Origin: Octopus sinensis
Taxonomy: Eukaryota
Direction: 5' to 3'
DNA: 64,000 nucleotides
NCBI RefSeq assembly: GCF_006345805.1
Contig: NC_042997.1
Coordinates: forward strand, 139,810,001 to 139,874,000
Shown: positions 1-11,129 of the stretch, piece after piece
How positions within the stretch are numbered: position 1 is the first letter of the stretch
Layout of the letters: each line of letters opens with the position of its first letter
Notes under the pieces: model-generated
Seen by the model: the letters and a program-made list of their open reading frames with translations, nothing else
Databases searched by the model: none
Told to the model about the DNA's origin: nothing
Made by a program: the position numbers and the translations under genes

Positions 1-207
1 TACATAGATTATCAGCCTGTAAGAGACAAAGATCAGAGGAGATCTAAGTGGAATTGTTTGATTTTGAGTTCTTTCTAAATTTATTTTTAACTTCTTATTT
101 TTAAAACATTACTTTATATATATATTTTTTAGATTCATACAACAAATTAAGAAAAAGAGTAAATTAGAAAGAAAAGAAATGCAAAGAAAGAAATGAAAAC
201 AAATTAC

Positions 208-378
208 CTTTTCCTCAGGTGAGATTGCACTTTGACTACGAAGAGCTCGACAATTTTCCAAAAACTTGGGTGTCAGCTGTTCAAAATGGCATGCATGTTC
301 AAATCCACCCAATTTCCAGGTACCATCTTTTGTCACAAAAATTGAAGACTGGCAAATATTGTTATGTGAGATTTCAAC
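208..378 (-). CDS. SCYL3: SCYL3 coding exon 3 (57 aa, VEISHNNICQSSIFVTKDGTWKLGGFEH...SPEEK)
   Basis: Acceptor ttttaag|GTT and donor AAG|GTAATT, 171 nt, phase 0/0. HNN and WKLGG replace the kinase HRD and DFG motifs, as in SCY1-like pseudokinases. The gene continues beyond position 1. Confidence 0.92.
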
Positions 379-909
379 CTTAAAAAATAATTATAAAGTT
401 TTGTTAGAGATTTCTTTGTTCTGTTTCTCATAAATTAAATCTGTAAGTTAATACCATAGTATATTTTGACCTACTTTTGTGTTATGCTCAGAGAAGTAGC
501 TCAATTAATTAAAAAAAGAAAGAAATAGAGGGTAGTTGTGACAGTAGTGATGGAAGAAGCACTGGTGGTGATGTTGGTACTCATAAAGATGATTGAAAAG
601 AGAGAGAAAGAGGAAGAGAAAAATAGAGAAGCAGAAATAACAGAATTAATAAAAAGAAAGAGAAAACATGAAAGAAACAGAGAGAAGGAGGAAAGTAATA
701 AAGAGGATTCTAAGAAGTGAGAGACTGAGTAAAAATGAGAGTTAAACTAGACATGCAAGAGAAAGAGGGTGAATGGGATATGGAGAAGAATATACAGACA
801 AAGCAAAGCTTGTGACATCACTGTATCCTTAGTTATCTCATTCTCTTATTTCCCTCCATTATCTCACATATCTTACATTTGAAATATTTCTGAATTGCAT
901 GCCCTAGTA

Positions 910-1288
910 CACTACCGTCAGAAATTAATTAGCACCCTTGATTTGCTCTTCACTCAAGGTATGTGCTGTCACCTAGTGGCCATATCTCGAACTATTGCTT
1001 TGTTGCGAGTTCACTGTTGCGCAGAACGATGACGTAACTTTGTTTGCAGAGCAGTTTGAGAGTCTACAGCCTTATGATGTTGACATAGCAGTGCAACAAC
1101 AACTTGGAGTGCGGATGCAGACAAATCTTCCTTTGTTTAATAGATATAGGTAGCGCCTCGCAAGGACCGAAATCACACCATACTAAGTTTTCTCATCGCG
1201 TAAGACGTTTTGAACAGCTCATAGGTTAATTGATTTAACCTATTTAATGTAGAAATTTGAGAAGTGCTAATTAATTTTGATGCAAGTG
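910..1288. mobile_element. Tc1/mariner-type MITE (379 bp) in a SCYL3 intron
   Basis: TA|CACTACCGTCAGAAATTAATTAGCAC ... GTGCTAATTAATTTTGATGCAAGTG|TA: imperfect ~26-bp TIRs with TA on both sides. Confidence 0.75.
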
Positions 1289-1618
1289 TATGTAATATAA
1301 TGGCATCTTAAGTTGAAGGTATTATTTTGCTGCAAGAATAGAAACAATGTTAAGATCTCCCATATGTATGCACATATATATTTACATATCAGATTGAATA
1401 TGTCAAAATCGAAATCGATCAACGTCAATGGAAATTGTAGCTGTGATACCAGTGCCGGTGGTACGTAAGAAAACCATCCAAACGTGGTCGTTGATCAGGA
1501 GCTAAAAACAACAACAACATAAATAAAAACAGGCAGTAGAAAACAGAAAGAAGAAAAATGACAAAAGTTATATCTGTAAAAATATAGAAATAAAAAAAAA
1601 AGCACTTAAGATACTTAC

Positions 1619-1804
1619 TGTTTCATGAAGGAAAACCAAAGCATCAATAATGTTATAAAAGCCTGAACATATTTCCACAGGAGACAAGTCTTTAGTCACT
1701 GTTTCTAGAGGTTTTACAAACTCAGTGACCAGATAGGAGCCATCAGCTGAGTGACCTGACAAAATATATCGGACGATTGCTGGATGACGCAGTACTTTCA
1801 GTTG
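1619..1804 (-). CDS. SCYL3: SCYL3 coding exon 2 (62 aa, QLKVLRHPAIVRYIL...LVTEFVKPL...ALVFLHET)
   Basis: Acceptor ttccgtag|CAA and donor ACA|GTAAGT, 186 nt, phase 0/0. Matches SCYL3 LKTLRHP...LVTERVQPL...LIFLH. Confidence 0.92.
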
Positions 1805-1826
1805 CTACGGAATAGAGAAACATGTA

Positions 1827-2245
1827 CATATATATATATATATGATATATATATATATATGATATATATATATGATATATATATATATATGATATATATA
1901 TATATATATGATATATTATATATATGATATATATATATATATATGATATATATATATATGATATATTATATATATGATATATATATATGATATATATATA
2001 TGATATATATATATGATATATATATGATATATATATATGATATATATATATATGATATATATATATATGATATATATATATATGATATATATATGATATA
2101 TATATATGATATATATATATATATATGATATATATATATATGATATATATATATGATATATATATATATGATATATATATATATGATATATTATATATAT
2201 ATATATTATATATATATATATATAATATATATATATATATTATAT
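1827..2245. repeat. Compound (TA)n/(TATGA) microsatellite, ~420 bp
   Basis: Directly visible. It ends about 21 nt from the acceptor of SCYL3 coding exon 2. Confidence 0.97.
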
Positions 2246-2311
2246 GCATACATATATCATCACATCATTTAACATTTTCTTTTTCATGCTGGCATATATA
2301 CACACACACAC

Positions 2312-3478
2312 ACTGGATCAGCCAAAAAGTTCAGTTAGTTTTATCAATGCTAAACTTCAAGCACTCTAATAAGTAGCTAACTTCAGTTTGTCTCTTGCAC
2401 ATGTGCATCCATGAGATGCTTGACAGGTTGTATTTTGTGTACTTGGAATCACTCTGAAAATGGAGTACCAAAGCAAACATTATCGACACCTTATAGTTTT
2501 TTTTTAATTTTAAAAAAGACAAGAAATCAGTGGAAAGCTGCAAGGAGTTATGCACTGTGTATGGAGAGAATGCTGTTATGAAACATGCCAGTAATGGGTT
2601 TCAAGATTTCAATCAGGAAATTTTTGATTGAAAATGCACCTCACTCTGGTCAGTGAACTGAGATAAATAGTAACACCAACCCCTGCTATACAACCAGGAT
2701 AATTGCAGATATTCTACAAATATTCAAACTGAGTGTTGAAAAACCCATCTGCATCAGCTTGGTTATGACAGCAGGCTTGATGCTTCGGTCCCACATCAAT
2801 TGAATAAGGCTAACCTGACTCAATGGATTTCCATCTGTGATTTATTGCAGAAACATGAAGAAAGTTACCCTTTCCTGAAGAGAATGATAAGGGATGAAAA
2901 ATGGATTGTCTGTAACAATGTGAAGCACAGCAAACCAATCAATTGTCAAAGCAGGACTTCACCTGAGAAAGGTTATGCTTTCAGTTTGGTGGGACTGGAA
3001 GGATGTTGCCTTTTATGAGCTTATTCCCAAGGTCAGGACCATCAATTCAGATGTGCACTATGACCAGCTGGACACTAAAAGCATCCAGTACTTGCTAATA
3101 AGGATCTTTCATCATGACAGTGCCAGACTGCACAGTTTTTGTAAACGTGGAAGAAGATACTGAGACCTATCTGGGAAGTTTTGCCACACCCTTCATATTC
3201 ACCCAACCTTGCACTTTCTGATTTTCACCTGTTTCAGTCTCCTCGAAATTCATTGAATGGACCTTCAACACTGAAGAATATGTAAAATTTCACCTGGAAG
3301 GGTATTTTGCCAGTAAAGACAGGAAATTCTTTGAGCAGGAAATAATGAGTCTACTCATAAGATGACAAAAGATACTGGAACAAAACAGTAATTATATCAT
3401 TGATTAAATAAATTGCTTTGTGTTTAAAATTTGTCTTACTGTTGCTTGGAAAAAGCAAATGGATTTTTTGGCCATATA
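2312..3478 (+). mobile_element. Degraded mariner (DD34D) transposon
   Basis: Fragments DEKWIVCNN, MLSVWWDWK, HHDSAR and HPSYSPNLALSDFHLF with stops and frameshifts; remnant TIRs (gccaaaaagt... / ...gattttttggcca). Confidence 0.85.
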
Positions 3479-3483
3479 TATAT

Positions 3484-3685
3484 TGGCGTCTGTGTCGGTG
3501 ACACGTAAAAAGCACCCACTACACTCACGGAGTGGTTGGCGTTAGGAAGGGCATCCAGCCATAGAAACACTGCCAGATCAGACTGGAGCCTGGTGCAGCC
3601 TCCTGGTTTCCCAGACCCTCGGTCAAACCATCCAACCCATACTAGCATGGAAAATGGATGTTAAACGATGATGATGATGATGATG
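3484..3685 (+). mobile_element. RTE 3'-UTR-derived element with (GAT)n tail
   Basis: Same 3' sequence (cacccactacactc...ggaaaatggatgttaaacgatgatg) as the RTE LINE copies in this window. Confidence 0.85.
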
Positions 3686-3689
3686 TATT

Positions 3690-4951
3690 TATATACACCT
3701 TAAAATTTCAAACAAATTTATTTTAATATGGGGTAGCACTGCCCTTGGCAGTAATTACAGCTTGAATTATATGAGGTATGGACTCATACAAAGTTTGAAT
3801 TGTTTCCAAAGGAATTTTTGTCCAATCTTTAGCTAAAACTGTCTCCAGTTCTTGTAGTGATGATGGTGGAAGACATCGACTCCTTACTTGTTTTTCTAAA
3901 ATGAACCATAAATTATAAATAATATTGAGATCTGGGGACTGTGGCGGCTAGATAAAATGTTCAAATTCACTAGAATGTTCCTCATGCCATTCAGTAACAA
4001 CTTTAGCTGTGTGAATTGGTGCATTATCATCCTGAAAGATTGTGTTTCCTTTCAGAAACAGTTCTGCAACCATAGGATGAATTTGATCAGATAAAATGCT
4101 TAAATAGTCTTGACTGTTAGTTCTGCCATGAAGGGAAACCATTGAGCCAGCGAATTTCCAAGATATAGCCCCACCAGATGATCACAGATCCTCCTCCATG
4201 TTTAACAGTTGGAAGAAGGCAGTCTGGGTCAAATGCTTCTTTTGGCTGTCTCCACACGTATACTTGGCCAGTGGTCGGAAATAAGGTAAAGGATGACTCA
4301 TCCAAGAAAATAACGTTCTTCAACTGCTCTAGGGACTAATTCTGTAGGCTTTTACATCACTCTAAACGCTTTGCATTGTTTGTGTTTGAAAGTAGTGGTT
4401 TTCTGATTGTAGCCCCACCATGAAATCCGGCTTTGTACAGCTCCAGCGAACAGTTTTTGGGGAAACTGTGGAAACAGTTTCTGTGGAAAACGCGGTGGTC
4501 ATTAAGCTCTGCAGTAATTTTGGGAGCTGCACTTTTGTGATCCTTTCTAACAATTTGCATAAGAGTCTGACGGTTCCTATCTGAAACTTTTGGTTTTCTT
4601 CCGGAGTTCTGTTTGACAAGGAGGTTTTTTCCCTCTTTCTCAAAGGCTGTCATTACTTTCAAGACAGTACTTCTTGATACACCAAACATTTCAGCTGTTT
4701 ACGTTACGCTAGCGCCTGCCATATGAGCACCAACAACTTGACCTCCTTCAAAGTCCGATAGATCAGTCATTTTAATGAATTTTTATTACCTTTTTCTGAT
4801 GATATCTGAAAAGAAACAGCAATTTTAGCAAAACATATTAAGCAACACTAATAATAAATCAAAATACATAAAAATGAACAAGCTTTTGACAGTTTTATAG
4901 ATATTTCAAAATTATGATGCTAAATATTTCCATTATTTTGTCCAACCCCTG
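3690..4951 (-). mobile_element. Degraded Tc1 (DD34E) transposon
   Basis: MFGVSRSTV HTH region, VIFLDESSF, VKHGGGSV, FQDDNAPIH and PPQSPDLNII. One TIR (CAGGGGTTGGACAAAATAATGG) followed by TA at 4952-4953. Confidence 0.9.
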
Positions 4952-4992
<41 letters not shown>

Positions 4993-4994
4993 CT

Positions 4995-5090
4995 TCCATG
5001 TCACCAAAATCATGGAACACCTCAGGAGGAAGCTGATTGCTTGTTTCCTTGAAGATAATGACTTGCTCCCTGACACCCAGCATGGCTTCC
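4995..5090 (+). mobile_element. Short CR1-like RT fragment
   Basis: Translates KIMEHLRRKLIACFLEDNDLLPDTQHGF, typical of the CR1 ORF2 pre-RT region. Confidence 0.55.
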
Positions 5091-6823
5091 ACTATATATA
5101 TAGTTTATGAGGTTTACTTTTCAACATCGTCCCCCTTGTGGTTGACACTTCTTCTATTGATGTTGCAGTGCTTGGCTCCCAATCGTAAAGAAGCTTTCAT
5201 CCTGTTAGTCAAAAAAGTCATCAAAAGCAGATATATCATTTACCACCAGCAAAATTTCCTATTAATTTACATGTTTATTCTTTAGAATAAACACTGACTG
5301 TCATTAAGTTGTGACAAGTTTTACTCAATAAGTATTTATTGTTTACACATTCAGTCTGTCCTGATGCTAACACAACAAAAAACTATTTTATAAATAAACC
5401 AATCATTGCAATTGTTAGTCAAATGAAAGCCATTCATTTGATCTTCTCTAATTGAAAATATTCAATATTTTGTAGTCTTACAGTTATTGTCTCTCTGTTC
5501 TTTCTACTGTTACTTTTTTATGACCTACAAGCACACCTCACTGCCCATGAAATCTTCTGGCTCTTGCTGTCTGAAATTCATTCAATTCTCTAAATGCTCT
5601 ATCAAACATTATATGCATTTCTTCATTCCCAAAACTGTTGCCTAACAGAATTCCTTTTCCTTCCATGCACACCCATAAGACAAACTTTTAAATTTTAAAG
5701 GTTTATTCAAATAGCAACTACCTAACAATGGACCTGAAAAGCTCTCACAAGCAATATGAAGTGCACTCCACCCTTGCTTTAAAAAAACGTATATGTACAG
5801 ACATATGTATTGAATCCCTGCAAATGGTTAAACCTATAACGTAAGACACAATAGGGATAATAGAGGAAAGATGGGTGTGACCATTTTATAGTAACAGAAT
5901 AAGCAGAGAGAAGAGGCAGAATGTCCATGGGCCAGAGTTTGAAGTCAGTTAGTGAATCTGTATCAGTTAGTTGCATGACCTTTCTGGATGCTGTCTAATG
6001 TTGTGCATAACAGTATCAACATTCCTGCAGGTTTTTTTGGCCCCAAAAACGATGCAGTTTTAGCTAGACACTATGTAAAGTTCATAAGAAAAGATAATCA
6101 GAGATTGCAAGGACTAACATTGGTAACAACTTCATTGCATGAAAGGACAATATAGAAGACTATATGACCCAAAATAGTTATTATATTGTTGAAAGAGGCT
6201 AAGTTGTCATGTCTCCATTGCAGGATGCTTTTGAGTTCTCTGTTCATGGAAGAAATCTAAGCTTGGCATAAAATGTTTATCAACATGTGGATGATGCCTC
6301 TGGGTATAAGGTTAAGGAAAAGTGAAGAGCTGAGCATTGTTAAGAGTTGACAGCAAGCAGATTAATAATGTACACAAAATTGTGGAATACACAAACTAAA
6401 CCTTGGAGTAAAGCTTCCAATCCAAATAATAATAAGAGGATGAAGACAATATGTGAGCAATTTAACTGAGACATTCCTATGAGAGAAATGGTCAAAATCC
6501 CTTGTTGATGACAATTCAATGGCATTATTTTCGCCAAATATGTCTAAGGCAAGAAATGAAAAGTGAATGACGCGTCTTGTCGTTTTAGGGGTAACTAGAA
6601 CGATCTTATCCAATGCCCTTCCATGTATTATACGGTGATGTTCATTTGAAAGCAATTTGTCTGATATTTTAATTAATCAAACAACTATGTAGATGGCCCC
6701 ACTGTAGAATCAAAATACGCGTCCCGTCCCCCTCTGCTGGAGATTCACTGAGAGGAAAACGTTCAAATAATCGATTGTTGATAAATGAAAATGAAACACC
6801 TGCTAGGAGTGGAAAGAATAATG

Positions 6824-6967
6824 GGTTAATATAGGGCGGCCTCTCCCCCACCCCCCTTTCGCGTGCGCGAATTTTTTTTTTCATATTCGTTCATAGGAAG
6901 TTGTTTTACACCTATTACACACATTTTTTTTTTGATTTTCTGATATTTGTTACGCCCTATATTAACC
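6824..6967. mobile_element. 144-bp MITE with 15-bp perfect TIRs and 8-bp TSD (Merlin-like)
   Basis: GAATAATG|GGTTAATATAGGGCG ... CGCCCTATATTAACC|GAATAATG. GG termini with an 8-bp TSD fit the Merlin superfamily. Confidence 0.8.
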
Positions 6968-7413
6968 GAATAATGTCTTCTGCTTTCATCGACCACGTAT
7001 GCCAGTACTCAGTGAACCTTTACATAATATACACACATGTAGATATGACACGTGCACTTATCACGATCTTATAATTTCCTATGTTCATTAACGAAACAAT
7101 TTTAAAGTGTTACAACACCATTTTATGCTGTTTAAATATTTTAGTTGAAAAACATCCTCAAATTTGTTTATTCTCAATTTCATTTTAAAACACGAAAACC
7201 CGACGTAAATCATTCTAGATAAAATCTTTCGCGAAAAGGAATTTAAATTTTCAATTTACAAAAAAGTTTTTTAATTTTTAGCCAAAAAAAGAAAGGTTTA
7301 AATTTTGATATTTTACACGTTTCTATAAAAAAAAAACATCGATCTCGAATGTTTGAAAGGCAGTATGAAGACATACACAAAGTTCAACATAGAGAAATTA
7401 AATGTACACGTAC

Positions 7414-7599
7414 TTTAGCATTAAGTGCAATTATATCCACTTCTCTTTTGCAGTCCTTCTTTTTTTTAGTGAAGATAGCCAGACGGGGTAAATTGGGATT
7501 TTTCTGAACAGCTTCCTGGACAACCCAATCAACATCGGCTTTTAGAGGAAGCTTAGCTCCGATCTCACAGTTTTCCAGAATGCTAGTTTCAGCACCCAT
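7414..7599 (-). CDS. SCYL3: SCYL3/PACE-1 pseudokinase, first coding exon (62 aa, MGAETSILENCE...IALNAK)
   Basis: ATG at 7599 gives MGxxxS, an N-myristoylation consensus like vertebrate SCYL3 (MGSENS). The exon ends AAA|GTACGT at 7414 (phase 0) and joins in frame to the next exon. Confidence 0.85.
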
Positions 7600-8300
7600 T
7601 TTGTATCACTCTACCATAAACTACGAAATAACAACAGAGTGTGTCATCTTAAAAATGACATTATATAAAAGAAGGAATAAGACTTCCTAAACAATAATGA
7701 ACCTAATGATGATACTTCAACGAAATGAAGCCAGTGAAATTGTTGCATCCAAACTGTAATGGACTGCCAAGGGAGGTAATAATGGAAACTGCAACCGGAA
7801 ATGTAAATTTCATAAAATAAATACTCTTTTTGTTTATTCTTCTTTTATTTATGTATTTATTCCAAGAAATCATTATTTCACAACTGATCGCCTGCCATAC
7901 CACTAAATTTACAACTAAGTGTTATTTAATGACAGGTATGTTATCCAAAACTTTCCTTTATTTATTACATTCATTGAATATTTCATACAATCAAGAGTTA
8001 CATAATTTTTTTTTTAATCACCTTATTTTACAAATCGATTGCAGTTAACTCCTGTCAACGAGAGTGCCATTATGCAACCGCTTGAAATGTTATAAAAAAC
8101 ACTTTTCGAAACAATAACAAACAAACAAACAAAAAAGCGCTGCTTGAAAAAAGATGGAATGGTCAGGGTTGGAACGTTTTTCATGTCTGATGGATCAGAT
8201 CTCACCTGAGGCTTAACAACATTATTAGGATCTTTTATGTTGCAAACTTTAAAAGCTAATAACTTTTTTATTTATTAATTTACGGCAAAAATGAATTTTA
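7600..8300 (-). promoter_or_regulatory. Candidate SCYL3 5'UTR intron and non-coding first exon/promoter region
   Basis: Acceptor tatttcgtag| at 7621 just upstream of the ATG implies an upstream exon. A strong donor CAG|GTGAGA is at 8206/8205. CpG appears locally enriched over ~6.7-9.7 kb. The TSS is not directly visible. Confidence 0.3.
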
Positions 8301-8574
8301 TTTTCATAACTAGTATACAAAACTAAATAGGTACGCCAAACTTTAAAACAATTGGAATAAAATTAAAAAGAAAAAAGAAAACTGTGACAGCAACAGAAAA
8401 GATCCAGATCCTGTTATTATCACAAATTTTAGGAACATATTTCCAAACTTCGTTGGGTGATAGGCCGAACACGCCCACTAATACAACGAGAAAACTCTTG
8501 TGTAGCTCCTCGACGTGCTAAGAAATAGTAGCTAAGGCATTCCTACACATTTGTGCCCCACCGACTTCGTGCCT

Positions 8575-9495
8575 CATAACTTTCAGAAAAATGGATATCT
8601 TTTATGAAAGTTTCTACAAATACGCTTCATATTACGTAAACTCAGATTATATCGGAATATGTGGCGAAAAAAAACTTTTTTATAATCGTATTCTATGCTC
8701 TTTGAAAGGTGTTTCTGTAAGGTTTCCTTAAAAGATATCCATTTTCCTGAAAGTTATGAAACAGATCGTGGGGTCGAGGAGTTTCGAAAAATTCGCATGA
8801 GTTGGTTTTGTTTCCTCAAACATTAACCGTAGAAAGTTTGAGACCCGTTAGCGAAAACAAGAAAATACCAGACTACGAGGTGTTAAAAACTGTAGAAAAG
8901 GAATATGGAAAAAAAAAAATCTGCGCAAACGAACGTGGGGAGAGGACTTACGGAAAATTCCACAAGATCGGAATTTTTCTCTAATAACTTCAAGAAAATG
9001 GATATATATCGATGAAATTTTATAGAAATACCGTTCAAAAGGCACAAATTACGACTATAAAGACATTTCTGGGAAAAAAATTTTTCTGAAGGGCTAGGGA
9101 GAGGACTGTCGGAAAATTCACACGATCTGTACTTTTCGTATTATAACTTTCAAGAAAATGGATATCTTTTAAAGAAACTTTACAGAAATACCTTTCAAAC
9201 AGCATAGATTATGATTATAAAAAAAAGTGTGGTAAAAATGTTTTCTGAAGGGGTGGAGAGAGGACTATCAAAAAGTTCACACGATCCCTTTTTTCCCCCT
9301 CATAACTTTCAGGATCTAGTTTAGCGCCCGGTTACCTAAACTTTTTTTTTTTTATGCACCGGATTCTTATGTTTTTGATAACGAATATTCCGAATATGCA
9401 AAAAACCCAGCCTCAATTTTTAATTTTCAACTTCTTTCCGATTTTTTTTTTCAGTCTACGGGAATACGGAGATTAAGAATATGGAATATATTTGT
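8575..9495 (+). repeat. Modular DNA repeat, piece A: ~159-bp tandem units plus a foldback pair
   Basis: ATAACTT(T)CA(A/G)GAAAATGGATATC motif at 8984, 9143 and 9302 (159-bp period), with an inverted pair at ~8576-8605 / ~8730-8759. Homologous inverted copy at ~36055-36890. Confidence 0.75.
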
Positions 9496-10019
9496 AGGGA
9501 ACGGACGTGAAACCCAAGGCAATCCCATAAATCGGCCTTATCTAACTTTAATATATACTGTTCTATAACTTAGAGTGGGCTTCTTTTTTCGGATTTATGT
9601 TTACGGGCGATTATATATATATATAAAAGGTGAAAGTAAAGAATACTTACACCTGGTGTTTGGGGTTAGGGTTTAGGATTAGGATTTTTGTTACGCTGAA
9701 AAAAGGTGGTGGGATACACACTGTTGCATAATTCTTGTGTACTTTGCATTTGCATCACAAATTGTAATATCCTGCATTAAATTTAATTTACTCTTTATTT
9801 GGTTTTGTTTCTGTTTTTAGTGTGCACGCCTTGTTATGGTATGTTTAGTGTTAGAGCTATGATCTAGAATTGGCAACAGATAGCATACTAAATTGTAAAT
9901 GGCCACGTTTACTGTATGCTAAACTGGCACTAGAGATTTAATGAAACAGTTTACCTATAGAATTTAAGTCATGAAAGGGTTAGTTAGCATTGTCAACACA
10001 CTTCACATTTCTCTGTTTC

Positions 10020-10850
10020 TGTGGGCAATGAAATAAAACACTAGATAAGGAGTGGGTCAATATAGTTGACATTATTTCCTCCTATAAAATTTTTGGCTAT
10101 GTACCTTTCTAAGAAATTCTTATTTGTATTAATATAAAGTGCGAGCAAGAGAACATCTGCAGGCTTTCCTAAACTGTTAATGTGAATGTAGATGATGTCT
10201 TTTTTCAACTTGTGTAAATTAATGTCTGATGAGAATGTGATTCCATGTGTAGAAGCTGCCATTCTGGAGATAAATGATTGGCTAAAATATTTAGTAAAAG
10301 GGTTCTAGCTGTGAGACATGTTAAAGATGATGATGTGGGCTCAGTTTGATATAGTTTACAGCTTACTAATTCACAGGAATAGTAGTGGGTGTTAGGGTTT
10401 TTTTCCCCATGTTTTATTGAACAATTTGGCTGGATAAAGGGGGCTGTATCCTTGCCTTTTGCATTCCTTCTGAGACAAGAGGTGTGCCTTCAAAATGGTA
10501 AGATTGACGTAGTTGATCTTGAATAAAATGTGTGGATGGCTGCAGAGGAAATAACATGGACAAGGGAATTTCAGAAGACTGACAATCTGGTAAGAAAGAA
10601 TTTAATGCTTAGTTTGCAGGTGAATTACATGCTACGTGATCTTCAAGCCTTTTGTCGCCAGATGCTGTAACATGGTTTGTATCAATATAGTAGTACCACC
10701 ACTATTGCGATAATGGCCTGAAATATGTGGTACCAGTGTGATAAAATAAGATAATGCAGCAGCAATAACAACATAACTATCTCTCAAGAACCAACAAATA
10801 TTCCAAATGAACAAACCAACCCACACTCTAGAACTTCACTATGAAATAAC
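10020..10850 (-). mobile_element. Possible highly decayed non-LTR RT remnant
   Basis: A single RT-like motif (KRQGYSPLYPAKLFN, compare GVRQGxPLSPxLFN) among stops and frameshifts. Confidence 0.3.
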
Positions 10851-11129
10851 ACAAACTATATACACTCTCGGTCAGTCCATTCCTCACAAGAGGGTACCTT
10901 GGCTCTCATCAACACTGAGAGTGTAAGGGTTTACTAACTTTGTTCTGCCGACAAATTTCCATTTATTTATTCTTAAGCTTCTCTTACTGCTAGAAACCAC
11001 CTCTGCCTGGTACTGGCATTTATGTGAACAATGTAGACAATTGACAAGTATCAAATGCCACAATACATAAATTCATTATTTATTAAAATTATCTTCAATT
11101 GTAGAAGTATCATAATTACTAAATGGTAA

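Noticed and set aside
538-720. Lys/Glu/Arg-rich ORF
   Set aside because: Purine-rich low-complexity intron sequence antisense to SCYL3.
1743-2376. Ile/Tyr-rich ORFs
   Set aside because: (TA)n translation artefacts. The real exon is 1619-1804 in another frame.
6000-6700. Decayed coding-like sequence in the SCYL3 intron
   Set aside because: No frame gives a recognisable motif. Probably an old TE, but I cannot assign it.
8941-9330. CRISPR-like repeat-spacer array
   Set aside because: The whole ~159-bp units are homologous rather than unique spacers, the context is eukaryotic, and there are no cas genes.
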